Notes: generated by a model not told the origin, from the letters alone. A DNA stretch of 64,000 nt from Tubiluchus corallicola (GCA_030141605.1 JAQGDQ010000450.1:1-64000); one strand, 5' to 3'; counted from the stretch's first letter, positions 1 to 14,193 are shown. Numbers and translations: made by a program.

Positions 1-506
1 AAAGTGTTACTCAATGAATTGCTAAAATGAATTCTAATAAATACTTAACATCCACAAATTGATGGACGCTGTTTTGGGGCTTGTATAGAATAATCCTGTA
101 CAAAGTCCTGTGCAGTTAATGCTTCCCGTTATTTGACCTGAGCCCTGGTCTAATTATGCTTCACATAATAAAACTTTGAAAATATGCCGTAATTGCCATC
201 AGGTAGTTGCACTTACATTGCCGACTTATTCACACGTAAAATTTGCCGGACTAATTAGCTAAATTAGTCCAGTAATTGATTATTAACCTAATTAAAGGAG
301 AAGCGTCTATAAACTTTTTCGCGCAAACAGATATAGGTATATAATTAGGCTCACCTGAGTAATGACGTAAATTTAGTCAAGTGTGCACACGCACAACTTC
401 ATGTAAAGTGATTATTCCTATTTACTTCCTAATAAATTCTTCGTAAACAACATCAGAGATTTTCCCTTGATAAATAAACTAGTAGTCGGTCTGAAGCAAA
501 TAGATA

Positions 507-1070
<564 letters not shown>

Positions 1071-1433
1071 GTTCTGAATGTTTCATGAAGTTTCACATTC
1101 AAACAGACTGCCCACGACTTATTTAAAGTCGACTTTAAATAAAGATTATTATTGTTGTTGTTGTTATTAGCTAAGTTTAGATGAGTGTCTTGCAAAAACC
1201 AAAAAAACGTCAAAAATATGTCAAATACAACTACAGAAAAGATAACATTTTCTAATTAACAAATATTAATTTAGGTGCATTCAACCTTTTAAAAGACATA
1301 AAGTTATTATGAAAAAAGTTTTAGCTTTTTAATCATCTTTTACAATATTTTCGTATAAGAGGCACCAGTCTGAAATTCAAATATTAATACTGTCACGTAG
1401 TTCAGTTGCATTACGAAGTTGATTATTCGTCAG

Positions 1434-1636
1434 TGGTAAATTTTTACAAACATACAACCAGTTTTTATGAACAGAGCCTACAGAATAGGACATGATGTAC
1501 TAGTTATGTATTTAACAGAAGCCAAATAGGTAATGGATAAGCATTTGGCTTCTGTTAAATACGTAATTAGTACATAATGTCCTATATTGTAGGCTCTGCC
1601 TATATAAACTGGTTGTATGTTTGTAAAAATTTACTA
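1434..1636. repeat. ~95-bp-arm imperfect palindrome (foldback/MITE-like)
   Basis: gtaaatttttacaaacatacaaccagttt...aacagaagccaaat is mirrored by atttggcttctgtt...aaactggttgtatgtttgtaaaaatttac. Confidence 0.85.
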
Positions 1637-2555
1637 TACCCCTATAGTCATCCCTGTAATGTATTCATGTTATGTTGTTGGCTTTGACTGTGTTGCTGAA
1701 TCATTTAAAAATAACGTTTGTTGTTTGTTCATCATCTTCATCTTGCCTCGGAATAAAAAGTTTAGTAATTGTTAAAAATATTAAATTAAATGTACATATG
1801 TTTTGGTAGTCCTCTTTTCGTCGAATCTTTGGATTCCTGACAGCTAATAAATACTTAATTAAATTTTAATTTTAAATTAATTTTTAATTTTAATTACGTT
1901 TCCGTTGCTATAGCGTTAAGTTAAATACCAGTTGGGAATAAATAAATCGTTTTTCTTGCACGCAAAATACTGGTGTGGGAATTCAAAATTATACGTTATC
2001 TAAACAGTTAAGTTCCGCCATTATATACAGTCGCCCCCCCCCCTAATTTTTTTTGGTGCACGACGCCCCTGTTTACCACTGACAATGATGACAGCATGAC
2101 GAGACGTTTGACACGATTTTTTAACTATGTAAATTAGAAGTTTTAATAACGTTGTTGTGTCTTAACTTTAATTTTAAGAACATCTAAGCCATGCTGAGCT
2201 ATAAAAAATTTAAATTTCTCTGAGTGCTTTACTCAAGGTTTACTCAAGTCTAACAAACAGCAGTGAAGTTTCCTCTTGCCGTTTGTAAACTTATCAATAA
2301 TTGTCTAAGGATATGATCCCTAGACCTCGACCCATTTCTACATGTTTCCAATTAGGTGTAAGTCTTATCTATTTGGCATTATTCTGACTAAAAGCTCAAA
2401 TTTCTCAGCATCCCAGCTGACATCTTCACAGCAGAATAACAGTGTTCCAACCCTGATTGGCTGCTTATTATCGTGCTGTACCTACAATCTATTGAAGTGT
2501 TTAACTTCTCTATAGGCCGACATGTTGGAATTTTCAGTTTCGACCACGAAGAATA

Positions 2556-2889
2556 AACCTTTTCACAGTTTCGTTGTGCGCACGCGCAGTTGCTGTAGGT
2601 CAAAGGTTACAGTAAAGCGTCTTAACAGCAACGGTCACGTGACATGTGGATAAAGCAAAGCCGTCTGCGGCAGCAGTTCAGTAATTCCAGTTGTTTTACG
2701 CCTGTGTATAGAGTGATTTACTAACAGGATGTGGCTTTTCGGAACGAGAAAAACTGAACTAGGTAAAGTTCTAGCTAGCTGCTAAAGCTGTTACTATTAC
2801 AATACCATGGACTGTGAGGCGTTGTCTGGTACATTTAACCTTTGACAGTTTCACGATCATCATCAATCGCTGAAACTGTGAAAAAGCTT
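2556..2889. mobile_element. PIF/Harbinger-like MITE
   Basis: TIRs ccttttcacagttt / aaactgtgaaaaag with TAA/TTA flanks; same family as ~12400-12770 and ~43463-43925. Confidence 0.6.
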
Positions 2890-3298
2890 ATTCTTAATTT
2901 TTATTTGTGGCGAAGACGTTGCACATTTCTCAAATCCTACTCACAGACATTTTGTTTAATAAGTGATGACTCATAAGCAACTATACGCGTTGATATTATA
3001 ATTTTCTTTTTAAATCTTTCTCCAATCTCAGCAAGCTCTTACGTGAACTAAAAATGGCCAATGCAATTTTCATTTATCTTTGACTGGAAGTCTGTTGCTA
3101 TGGCGACGACAGTAACGTTAAAAATAAGATGCAAAATCTGTCTGGCATGTGGTCCTTTAATTGCCAGTTCAGCAGAAATTCAGAGCAGAAATGGGTCACA
3201 CTATTCTTTCATTATTAACAATATAGTTTTTCCACAAGATGCTGCCCTTTATCACCACTCTTGGGCTGTGAGTGTCTTTCAATGCAAGATGCCCGACT

Positions 3299-3450
3299 TG
3301 CCATTGGATTGGTTTCTGAGGCTCCTGATGTGCTTGAAGCAGGTAACGAAAGCTGCAAAGCCTGCTAGTGCAGTGCCATTGGATTGGTTTCTGAGGCTCT
3401 TGATGTGCTTGAAGCAGGTAACGAAAGCTGCAAAGCCTACTAGTTCAGTG
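3299..3450. repeat. 75-bp tandem duplication
   Basis: tgccattggattggtttctgaggctc...gcaaagcct occurs twice. Confidence 0.9.
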
Positions 3451-3451
3451 C

Positions 3452-3906
3452 CGTCAGCCTCGGGTATAAGCTACTCACTTATAAAGGACATTCGCTTATA
3501 AGGGGCCACCAACACCAGTCCCGATTTTTCGTAACGTTTTTCCTTATAAGAATCTTCGTATATAAGGTGCTCGGATATAAGGGACTTTCGGTTATAAGGG
3601 ACGATAACTTCAAGACTCTATGATCAAAGCGAAATTGGTCGATTTTTAACCTCAATTTTTCGCAAACTCGGCCTTCAAACAGCTCGGTTTCCGCGGTCAC
3701 ATACATCTCGCATCACTGAAGGAGCTTCCTACATACCGTTTGCATTGAATGTGTAGCAATAATCCATAAAAATATGTGTGAAAGTGCAGAAAAGTACAGG
3801 TCTAGATACACCCTCGGTCTGACTCAACTTCGGCTATAATTAACATCGGATATAAGGGACGATTTTTTTCCGGTCCCGAGGTGTCCCTTATATCCGAGGT
3901 TGGCCG
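3452..3906. mobile_element. pogo/Tigger-like MITE (inverted relative of 58104-58576)
   Basis: Degenerate TIRs cgtcagcctcgg / ccgaggttggccg; the interior is reverse-complement similar to 58104-58576. Confidence 0.7.
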
Positions 3907-4085
3907 TTGTGCTAGCCTGCAGCCTGTACTAGCCTATTATGGTATAATCGTGCCCTGGATGTTACTGCATTATTTGTGAGCATATAAAAAACAAAAAAAA
4001 TCTATTAATATTCTAACAAGCTTAGAGAGAGAAGTTAACGATTGATTACCTTTGCTAAGTAATATGGAGTTTAATATAACTGTAC

Positions 4086-4817
4086 GCGCATGAGAATCGG
4101 ATTTTCTCAGCTAAACTATAACCTTTTCTCTAAAGGCTGTAAAGATAATAACGGTCATCCAATATTGCCGAATTGTAACTGTGGATTTCGATTTGAGTCT
4201 GTTGAACGCTTTTTGTTGCACTGCCCATTGTATCAACAAACTAGGATTGTTATCTTTGATAAACTAAATGAAATACTTCTGCCTGAAAACCTTAATATAA
4301 CTGCCTTAGGAACTAATGATCTGTTGAAGTTGTTATTATTCGGAAAAGATGAATTTAACTATGTTGCTAACTGTAAAATATTCCAATGCATACATGACTT
4401 TATATTACGTACTAAACGCTTCCAGTAGTTTCTATCTGGTATAAAATGCATCAGTCTTAAATAATCATAATTTAATACTTTCTAACCGTCATTTTCTACT
4501 AACGTCTAATGTAATCCTGTAGTAAAACTTGTCAGCTTGTGTAATTATAGCCTATTCTTACTGTAAATGTTTCTAATGTCTAATGTAATCTTGTAGTAAA
4601 ACTTGTCAGCTTGTGTACTTATAGTCCATTCTTACTGTAAATGTTACTAATGTCTAATGTAATCTTGTAGTAAAACTTGTCAGCTTGTGTAGTTATAGTG
4701 TATTCTTACTGTAAATGTTCTTGTAAATAGTGTATAAAGTCTGTTGTGGTGAGGATCCTAAATCATGTTGTTCAAACTGTCTGATCCAATCCTATAATAA
4801 ATTATGTTTAAACTAGA
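4086..4817 (+). mobile_element. 5'-truncated CR1-type LINE (ORF2 C-terminus plus 3'UTR)
   Basis: ORF 4090-4428 ends in C-x-CG...FLLHCPLY...LLFG...TKRF, typical of invertebrate CR1-like ORF2 ends. The 3'UTR has a ~72-bp x3 repeat (4500-4720). Flanked by a 31-bp direct repeat at 4055-4085 and 4818-4848. Confidence 0.8.
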
Positions 4818-5091
4818 CTAAGTAATATGGAGTTTAATATAACTGTACATTTTAATATTACACAAACTTATTGATGTTTTAATCACCCACGTAATGAAGG
4901 TTAGTTCAACTCCTTCGTGATTTCAGTGATCCTAACAAGTTTGATGTTGGCTTCAGCTTGATGTTGGCAAATCAATGTAATTTCACATTTTCCGACAGCT
5001 AATTATAGGTGTAATCGACTGATTATGATTCTCTAATTATTATGTTCATTACATGGATGGAACACACGACAGAATATAACAGTCGAATTGC

Positions 5092-5640
5092 TTAGAGGAA
5101 AACCGGACGATTGTGTAAACATTTGTGCAAAATAAAGACTGTTCTAAAACATTGAAAACTACAATAGCTTTTTCTGAATCAAAGCTTAGATTAAATAATA
5201 ATTACCTCGGAAAGATAAATTTTGTTAAATTTTCAAAGCTACGCACTCAGCGAATCCATTATGACTGGCAATGGCGCCTTTTTGTCAATTTCGCGTGGCT
5301 GACAAATAGGCGCTGTACCATGATAAGCGAAATCATGAATAGCTGTGTTCGTCTGTGACGTCACGGTGGCGTAAAGCTCATTTTCGTGACATCATATCGG
5401 TGTGTTATAGCAGTCTTCGCTTACGCGAACGTGTTTTATGCGGATGGAAGATGTCTACCATTGCTCAAACTGTGTTAGTTTGTGACGTTAGCGATAGCTG
5501 TGTTCGATTGCTCTCTATCAACTTTCCAAGGCAATTCAAATATTAAAAACAACTGCTAACTTTTATAGGCACGAAAATGTGTATTCTGGACAGTAAATTA
5601 AAATGTGATTGAGTCTAAACAATCGTCCGGTTTCCTTTAA
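5092..5640. mobile_element. TTAA-type (Kolobok/piggyBac-like) non-autonomous DNA element
   Basis: TIRs ggaaaaccggacgattg / caatcgtccggtttcc ending in ttaa; an inverted relative lies at ~45930-46410. Confidence 0.65.
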
Positions 5641-6497
5641 ATAGCAACAAGAACTGCAAACAGCAACAGCAACAACAGCGACAGCAGCATGCTGACAATG
5701 ACGACAATAACAACAAAACATTTTACTAAATATTATATTTTACTCTCTGACAGTAAACTTCCAAGTGTGAACTGCTTCAGGGTTACTGTGTACAACTTTT
5801 TGCAAACTTTCTGACAAGCTGTTCCGAGTTGATTAACGGTTTAGATAACATTTTGTAAAGTTTGAAAAAATAATCAGAGCATTGGCAGCGCACACGTCTC
5901 TAGCTATATAAAATTTGTATCTTGTCAATAAGATTAAAAATAGGTTTTTTTTGGTTAGTGAGTGGTGCACCCTGGTGGGTGAGTCAGCGACATTTTACCA
6001 ATTGGTGAAAGCATTTTAAATAATTAATAATTTTCTTTTCTAGTTACATAAGTCTTTCTAGCATGTAAGCGAAAAGCAGAGTAATATAACTTTTAGGCGC
6101 ATAATTTAACATTTCCTTTTCTTCCCCTGATTTACGTTGTGCGTATATGACGTCATGTAATGGCGCCGTCGGAACGGTATTGCGGGAAGTTTAAAATGAA
6201 AACAAACAAAAAATCCTTTCAACGCGAGTACGATAAAAATGCTACAAAGTAATATAATTTCTTAAGGTGATTTTTCTGAAACCTACTTTAGGTACCCCTT
6301 TTCTTGTCCTTTAATAAAGTTGTGGTGGTTGAACTATAATACGATAATAAAATTACTATTATATTAACATATACGATTCGCTCCCCCCCCCCCTGTTCCT
6401 CACGGTGGGCCCGATTCGAAAAATAAACCGGCAATGAGGCGACACTAGATCGAGACTTTTCGTTTGATGTCGCCGCAAATGGTGCCGTCGTCGAAGC

Positions 6498-6498
6498 T

Positions 6499-6590
<92 letters not shown>

Positions 6591-6623
6591 TGCCGCAGCA
6601 GCAGCAGCAGCAGCAGTAGTAGT
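6498..6623. repeat. compound trinucleotide microsatellite (GTA)n(GTC)n(GCC)n(GCA)n
   Basis: Directly visible. Confidence 0.95.
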
Positions 6624-7329
6624 AAAATCTTTATTTGCCATTTTAAAAACATTGACCATCATAATCAAAGACAGACAATCAGTGTTAGTTCATATAAAAA
6701 ACATACACTGTTCTGGGTAAATGCGTCTGGTGTAAGCTAAACTATAAGTGCAACTAGAAATTCAAAAATAAAATATAAACTAGTTTAGTAAGGTCTAGGA
6801 AAAATGAAATTATGATTTGAGTGAGTGTCATCGTGTGTGTATGTTGGATATTCAAAACTAGTCATTAAATGTTTTTTTTAATTTAGACTTAAATATTAAC
6901 ATCGAATCTTATATATATATATATATATATATATAACGCCCTGATTAATATATCATTAATATAATACAATATAATAATACTATAGTTCAATTACCTTGTA
7001 AGTACACATGCATTATCTCAGGTTGAGAATCGTCAGGTAACAGAATCTTCCCATCTCCGGCTCATTTTAACGTATCCGAGTTCTCGCAGGTTGGTCTCCT
7101 AAGTGTTTCCTCATTTCAAAGTTTTCTGTCATGCGCTGACAAGTAGATCTAGTCTCTTTGACTCTCCTTAGTGTCTACGACAGCCACGTTAGACGTGCGC
7201 AAGTTGGACAGAAACAAGCGTACTAACGAACCTGCTCTTAACGGGGTCTGAAGAACCGAAGAAAAACACTTTAATGATCTAAACATTCGTAAGTGATAAA
7301 CACTGGGCTTCGTGCAGGTAAACATGATC

Positions 7330-8090
7330 AAAGCAAAACCGGATCCAATCTTAAACTGCAGGTCAAAATAATCCACTCTTTAAAATATTGAAAGGAAACA
7401 TGCTATTTTTTTTAGAAAATCACTTACGTTAAAGAATTATTACCACACAAACACAATTTCGCATTCGCGCCACTAGTTAAAATGAGGTGTAACAATGAAA
7501 GAAAGCAAATGCAAGAGAAAGACAAGATCAAGCTCACTCTGGTGGACGAAATTCAAACTAAAACTAAGGCCTTAAAGCAAAACCGGATCCAATCTTATGG
7601 GTCTTTTCTTAAGAGTTGTCTTATCAGTGGGTCTTAACAGTCTAGAACAATCTACTCTTTAAAATATTGAAAGGAAACACACTATTTTTTGAAAAGTGAC
7701 TTACGTGAAAGAATTATTACCACACAAACACAATTTCAGGTTCGCGCCACTAGTTCTTCGCAGTTACATGCATTTCACCATTCGCTAGTCAGACAGGTAC
7801 TAGCGCTTGCATTTTGGCATTGTACAAAAAACAGGTGCTTTACCTCTCATTTCAGATGTGTTAGTTTCTGACGAACTGCACACGTTCGACAGCGCATGCG
7901 TGAGCACAGCGGTATATTTGAACTTTGAATTTTTACCTTAAAACTTGTCTAGTTTTAGCACAACACACTGAATATCTTACAGTAACACTGTACCTCAATT
8001 TTCGCTTTCGCAAACGCGTGCAACACGCTCGTGGAATATTTTTACTGTTGAAACTTATGTTAGATTGTGACGCGATGAGTAGTTAGGCTC
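7330..8090. mobile_element. interspersed DNA-transposon-like repeat (relatives at ~33020-33530 and ~35150-35670)
   Basis: Terminus ttaaagcaaaaccggatcc; long reverse-complement similarity to the PES1-intron copies (ORFs 7689+ and 33148- give similar peptides). Confidence 0.7.
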
Positions 8091-10413
8091 GCCCGCCGTT
8101 AATTGAGTTTTTAATCTATTATTGAATTATTAGAAACGCCTTTGCAGTATTAATTGTGTTAAAATGTATACTTTTTATCGGCAGAAACACGTCAGCACTA
8201 CACTCATCAGGAGTTCTAACCAAAAGCGATGCCGCATAGAACTTTAACTGTAATTCAATTCAATTCAATTTTATTTTCTCAACAGCAGTTAAAATTCGAC
8301 ATAATTATTTTTACATTTCATTGCAACTAAGAAGGGGCAGCGAAAGACCTAATGGTCACTTGATCAGTCGCCCCTTATTGAAAATACAAGTTTACTTACA
8401 GGAGTAAAGGAAAGCTGTGTTAAATAATGATTTTGATTAAATTGGTGATTAAATTATTTAATTACTAATTCAAGATTAAATGCTTGGCGATGCAAGATTA
8501 AACGATCGTCGTGGATAGAAGCCTAGTTAGGTGTGGCATCACGTGATCAGCTGATGTTCGACCGGCTGACTCAGAAGTAAAGATTGATGATGTAATGCTT
8601 ATGCGCAGAAGCTCACGGCGCATTAGGTAGTTAGACAAAAATGTTTTGAGGCCCGCACCTCGGGGAGATTAGGAACTGACTTGAAGACGGAAGGCTGGCA
8701 TTACTATCCTCTTATATTTACCCTGTTGTGTTTGATATTTAATAAATGTGTTGCTTATTAAATAAAGTCTTGATAGTTTGCCATGCCCATCATGGCTACC
8801 TCACACGCCACGCAATAAACAACAATAATCAGTAAGCAGCTTTAACCACAAGAATAAATAGACATTAATCGAATTATTTTACTACAGGCGCTTGAATGAA
8901 GTAGCACGAACTAGTATTAGAACACATATGTTTGCACACAAAACAAAGAAATGTCATCACTGTTATAATTACCTGTTGAACACAGATCACCTAAATCACA
9001 TTCAGGGCCGGCCTTAGGTAATTGGAGGCCCTAGGCGAAGTGAATTTGGTGGCCCCAAATGACATAGAAAAATAAAAAATAAATACGAAAAAAATAAAAT
9101 TACGCAACTTATTAAAAACTACCTGTATTTAGATCTAATTCAACAAATAACTGAAATTTATACAAACATATTCGGGCAGAAGTCCCCCAAACAGCAAGTT
9201 GCCCTTCCTTTAATAAGCGGCTCACGAAGCCTTATGACTCTTCGCTTCCAGTCTGCACTAGTCTGGTCCAGGTGTGAATGCGGACAATAGGCACTAGTCT
9301 GGCCCAGGTCTGAATGCGGACAATAGGTACTAGTCTAAACGGAAAGTTATCTTGGATCCAATATAACAAGCACTGCAGATTAGCATCGTTCGCTTATAAA
9401 AAAAACCAAAAAATTCATGCAGTCCAATCAGAAACCGAAATCACCGTAGCAGCAGTGAAATGCCATGGGTTCATTTTGCAGATAGAAGTCAACCACTACG
9501 TCTGTAACCAGAGTGACCCTTTTTGGGCTACGACCCTTCTGGAGCTCCTCGGGTAATGAAGTTATGGGGATCCCTCAGACGGAGTCATCCTCGTCGCATT
9601 CGTCTCGAATATTTTTTACTCGTGATACATTTTAGCAACATCCTGATAGCTGCAGGGCTTCAAAGGGGGCTCCATGTGTCAAATAAAGGGCCTCAAACAA
9701 GGGCCCATTATCTCAAATAGAACGCCCCAAACAGGGATGCTGTATCTCAGACGAGGAGCCACTCGAAAATTGAATTTTCAGACTTCCTGACCTCCTTTTT
9801 TTAAAGTTGAAATTTTATTTTAAATTAAATGAATTATTCTGCAATACAAAGTATGGGCGTCCAAGCTTGACGAGCCCTAGACTGTAGCCTACACTAGCCT
9901 ATAGGGTAATCAGAGCCTGTTTATAACACGCCTAGGTTCCCGCGTCTGGCACCCGGGTAACAATTAATGTGCAAACGGCGTACGCCACTCTGCAAACCAC
10001 GAAATGATATATCATCGCTCAGTAATCCAAAGCTAAAATTGCATCAAAACATTAGTATTAGAAATGTCACGTCAAATAAGTAGCTCAGTTACATTTTCCA
10101 TAAGAGTGGATTGCACAAACTCATCATTACATAATCATTAAAAGTCTCAACGACGTCATTGTATTTGTTTACGCCATGTTGCTAATGGCAACGTGACATG
10201 GGATAACGACTTTTACGATAATATCAAATCATAACGTTTGAGGAGTTTTTGTAGATCATGTAAGTACCGTGGGAGTCAGATAAGCTTAACACGTGGGGGT
10301 GGTGTTAACAAACGTGCCAGCCTTCTGGTTCGAAGAAGATTGCACTTGAGGAGAGGACCGACATCTTCCCAATGCAAACCACAATGCACTGCAACGGATA
10401 TTAACATGCAAAA

Positions 10414-11104
10414 ATGGCTAACACGCTGACACCAGAAGCTGCTCACCACATCCACGGAAAGGCTAGTCTAGTTCCCTCCAGGGTCTCACTAATAGCGGAA
10501 CCAATCATAATATTTGTGTACAAAAATGGCGACCAATTTAATAAACCGGCGAAATTCATATTTGACCAAGACACAAAGATGGACAAAATTCTTGAAGAAA
10601 TCTCATCCAAATTTGGGATCAATGCTAAAAAACTATTCCGAATATCCAATGGATCGAGAATAAAAAAGGAGAAAAAGTTAAACACTTGGGACCTCTACGC
10701 AGCATCAGCAGGCGATACGTTTAAAAAGGTAAATTACAAACCGCCGGATCACTTGAAGGAGGCAAGAGATCCAAAATGGTTGGATAAGCCGGAAACAGGA
10801 TACATCGTATCACCAAAGGGTTTGAAAATCAGAAAATCTACTAAAGGCATAACGAGGGGCAAAGATCCGAAATGGTACCAGAAACGACAATTTCATCGCG
10901 AGGCCATGGAGGGCGCATTGGCCTGGAGTAGCACAACTTCCGAAAGTTGTGGCACAATTAGTGAGGTTGAAAGTGATGCAGATAGTGGAATTAAACTCAA
11001 AGTTCCTGGAGTAAGAGGAATGATGGGAGACAGGGCATCTAGCAGCACTGCGGATACGGCAACGGACGGGGAAACTGATGATCAAGGATCTGCAGTTTCT
11101 GGTG
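10414..11104 (+). CDS. DCX (doublecortin) domain protein, exon 1
   Basis: IFVYKNGDQF...MDKILEEISSKFGINAKKLFRISNGSRIK...YAASAGDTFKKVNY fits the DCX domain pattern; phase-1 donor G|GTAAGT at 11104/11105. Confidence 0.75.
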
Positions 11105-11139
11105 GTAAGTTTGTTTTAATTAATTAAATGACTGAACAA

Positions 11140-11757
11140 ATCACGCAGTATGTTGAGTTTATTTTACTGTTATCACTTAAACTGTTTGTGGTGTGCTAAA
11201 GGAAAGAACAAGTCACTCAGTATGTTGAGTTTATTTTACTGTTATCACTTAAACTGTTTGTGGTGTGCTAAAGGAAAGAACAAATCACGCAGTATGTTGA
11301 GTTTATTTTACTGTCATCACTTAAACTGTTTGTGGTGTGCTAAAGGAAAGAACAAGTCACTTAGTATGTTGGGTTTATTTTACTGTCATCACTTAAACTG
11401 TTTGTGGTGTGCTAAAGGAAAGAAATCACTCAGTATGTTGGGTTTATTTTACTGTCATCACTTAAACTGTTTGTGGTGTGTTAAAGGAAAGAACAAGTCA
11501 CTCAGTATGTTGGGTTTATTTTACTGTTATCACTTAAACTGTTTGTGGTGTGCTAAAGGAAAGAACAAGTCACTCAGTATGTTGAGTTTATTTTACTGTC
11601 ATCACTTAAACTGTTCGTGGTGTGCTAAAGGAAAGAACAAGTCACTCAGTATGTTGGGTTTATTTTACTGTTATCACTTAAACTGTTTGTGGTGTGCTAA
11701 AGGAAAGAACAAGTCACTCAGTATGTTGGGTTTATTTTGCTATCATCACTTAAACTA
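11140..11757. repeat. 72-bp minisatellite, ~8.5 copies (intron of the DCX gene)
   Basis: Unit cagtatgttgagtttattttactgttatcacttaaactgtttgtggtgtgctaaaggaaagaacaagtcact. Confidence 0.95.
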
Positions 11758-12399
11758 GAAAAAAATGTAACAAAGAAATTTGCAAAAACTGTCTCTAAAG
11801 CATAAGTTTAAAATATATCACCTTCGAATCGAAATTTTCAGGCGTAGTGGTTGCCGCCATTCAGTTGAAAATCATGACGTAACTGGGAGACTTCGTGGCT
11901 TTCTGTAAGCGCGCGCTGTTTAAACTAATTCAAACTTCTGCAGCCTAACTAATGTTCACACAAAGATATTACAAAATTAGCTATCTAATTCTTTTGTAAA
12001 AACTTATTATACTTTTGACGAAGATTGACAGTGTGCTACTTTTCTTCGAGGCGAATGACGTCATTGGAAGAAGAATGGGCATTCAAAATGGGAGCGCACC
12101 CAAGCATGAAGTGATCGCGACTTTAAAGTGATTTTACTAATCACACGAGGCGGTTATTGCAGTTTTATTACTAAATCCTTCTAACATTTTTTGCGAACAT
12201 TGAAGTAAGCCTAACTTCATAGAAGATTTGACCTTTCCTTACAAATATGATGAACATGATAACAGTATTATTGAGATCGTATCCTGCTTTGTTGATTACT
12301 GACATCTAGTCGCTTTTCTAACTGTTTGATTATTAGTTTATTACTTATTTAATTGTGGTTTATTTAAATTTAAGGTTGGGTAGTCAGTGCAGCTATAAG

Positions 12400-12772
12400 A
12401 AGCCTTTTCACAGTTCCACGATTGACGATGATCGTTAAAAGGTCAAAGGTCAAGTGTACCAGACAACACATTCGTGTACACTTGACAACGCCATGCTGCC
12501 CAAGCTGGTGCAATAGTAACAATTTTAACAGCTAGCTAGAACCTTGCCTAGTTCATTTTTTCTTGTTCCCAAGCAAGAGCCTGCTAGTAAATCACTCAAT
12601 GGGCAGACTAATGCATAATTAAGGAAAGTCCACTTAAAACAACTAAAGTTACTGAAATAATGCTTTGTCATACCCATATGTCACGTGACGATTGTAGTTA
12701 AGACGCGTTGCTGTGGTGCACTTAACCTTTAACCTACAGCAACTGCGTGTGCGCACAATGTGGAAAGGATTA
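12400..12772. mobile_element. PIF/Harbinger-like MITE
   Basis: gccttttcacagtt ... tgtggaaaggatt; co-linear with ~43463-43925. Confidence 0.65.
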
Positions 12773-13015
12773 TTTATAGGATTCAGCAAAATGTTCTGCA
12801 TCAATGCAAGGAAAAAGGAAAATTTGTTGTGCTGTGCTGTACTGTGTTGCACTGCGCTGTGCTGTGGGGTGTAGTGTTGTGTTGTGCTGTGCTGTGTTGT
12901 ATTGTTTTATGTTATGTTATTATGTTATGTTCTGATGATGCTGGTTGTGTAAATTCTTCTTAGAGGAACTAAATTCTTTCATAGACAACAGTAAACAATA
13001 ACAATGATTCTGCAG

Positions 13016-13680
13016 GAAATCGTGAAGAAGTTGCTGCTCAGCCTGGAGTGGAAACACCCAAGACTGATGCTCAAAAGACTGCAGACGACGTAGACACAGG
13101 CAAATTGCAGGATGCTGCTGGAAGAGGAGCACAGAAATTGGGTGGTCAAAGTGGCAACATGAAAACTGTTGGTATGGGAGCTGACACACCCAGTGAAGGC
13201 GACACAGCTGGCACCCTAGGAGATGGAACTCGTGGCAAAGGAGGAAAGTCCGTGAAGCAGGGGGCGGACGCGGGAAAAGACAAATATGGAAAATCACCTG
13301 CTCTCCAGCAAGCCAAGTTTGGCGAATTTTCTCAAAGCGGGGTAGTGGAAGACTTTGTTGGCCAAAGTGAAGGCGACACTGATAGATCGGCCTACGGGCA
13401 CGATCAGGGACACTCAACGGAAAGTGAGTTCAAAGCAAGCATGGAGGCAAAACAAAGAGACGAGACGGCAAAGGCTGCTGCCCTTGCCATGATGAAAACT
13501 GGTGTCACGAAATTTGTACAAATGGGTAAAAGGGATTACAGCTGTGGTCACTTCTATGGAAGTACCGAAGACCTTCAGTCTTGGTTTGACGAACAACAAA
13601 ATCCCACTGGTGACTGGGTTTGGTGGATTGGTCTTTGGCCAGAAGATTTCAACCGTCGTGATTCTAACCAAGTTGATTAA
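13016..13680 (+). CDS. DCX-domain protein, exon 2 (low-complexity G/D/K region, Trp-rich C-terminus)
   Basis: Phase-1 acceptor ttctgcag|GA matches the exon 1 donor; open frame to TAA at 13680; AATAAA at 13715; joined product ~451 aa. Confidence 0.6.
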
Positions 13681-13816
13681 GAACCATGGTTTGAGTGAAA
13701 AAACCACCCAAATGAATAAATAAAAAAGAAAAATTTTCGCGATGAGCAAAAAACTTCGAGCATTGCAACTTTTTTGTGATTAATTTTATTCCCGAAAATA
13801 ATGCAGCACTGAGCAG

Positions 13817-14193
13817 TAGAGGTAAGCATCGAACGCTCGAATTCGATTCGAACGAGTTTTTTTTAGTTCGAACTCGATTCGAATCCAAAACTATAGATTC
13901 GAATAATTCAGCACTTCAATCACATATGTTCTTTATCACTAAAACGATTGAAATATCATGCAATTAGCATAATTTAGCTGTGATTTCTGCACACAATTTT
14001 AAAGAAATTACTAGTCGTTTTATTGCAGAACAAAATCTAGTGACATGCATGATCTTTGTAAGACTAATTTTTGCTGGTGGTTCGAAAACTTGTTCGAAAA
14101 TCTTTCGATCTCAATTCGAATTCGGTTCGAATTCGAAACACTGAAGTTCGGTTCGATTCGAATGCGCTTTCTGGTAGAGAATGCTCACCCCTA
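13817..14193. mobile_element. hAT-like MITE
   Basis: TIRs tagaggtaagcat / atgctcaccccta, perfect 8-bp TSD ctgagcag, and many ttcgaa subterminal motifs. Confidence 0.85.

Noticed and set aside
3061-3501. 146-aa ORF, and a hammerhead-like ctgatg…cgaaa motif in the 75-bp duplication
   Set aside because: No protein motif; the core reads CUGAUGU rather than CUGANGA and I see no convincing stems.
11150-11758. 202-aa Cys/His-rich repeat ORF resembling a metal-binding protein
   Set aside because: Open only because the intronic minisatellite unit (72 bp) is a multiple of 3.
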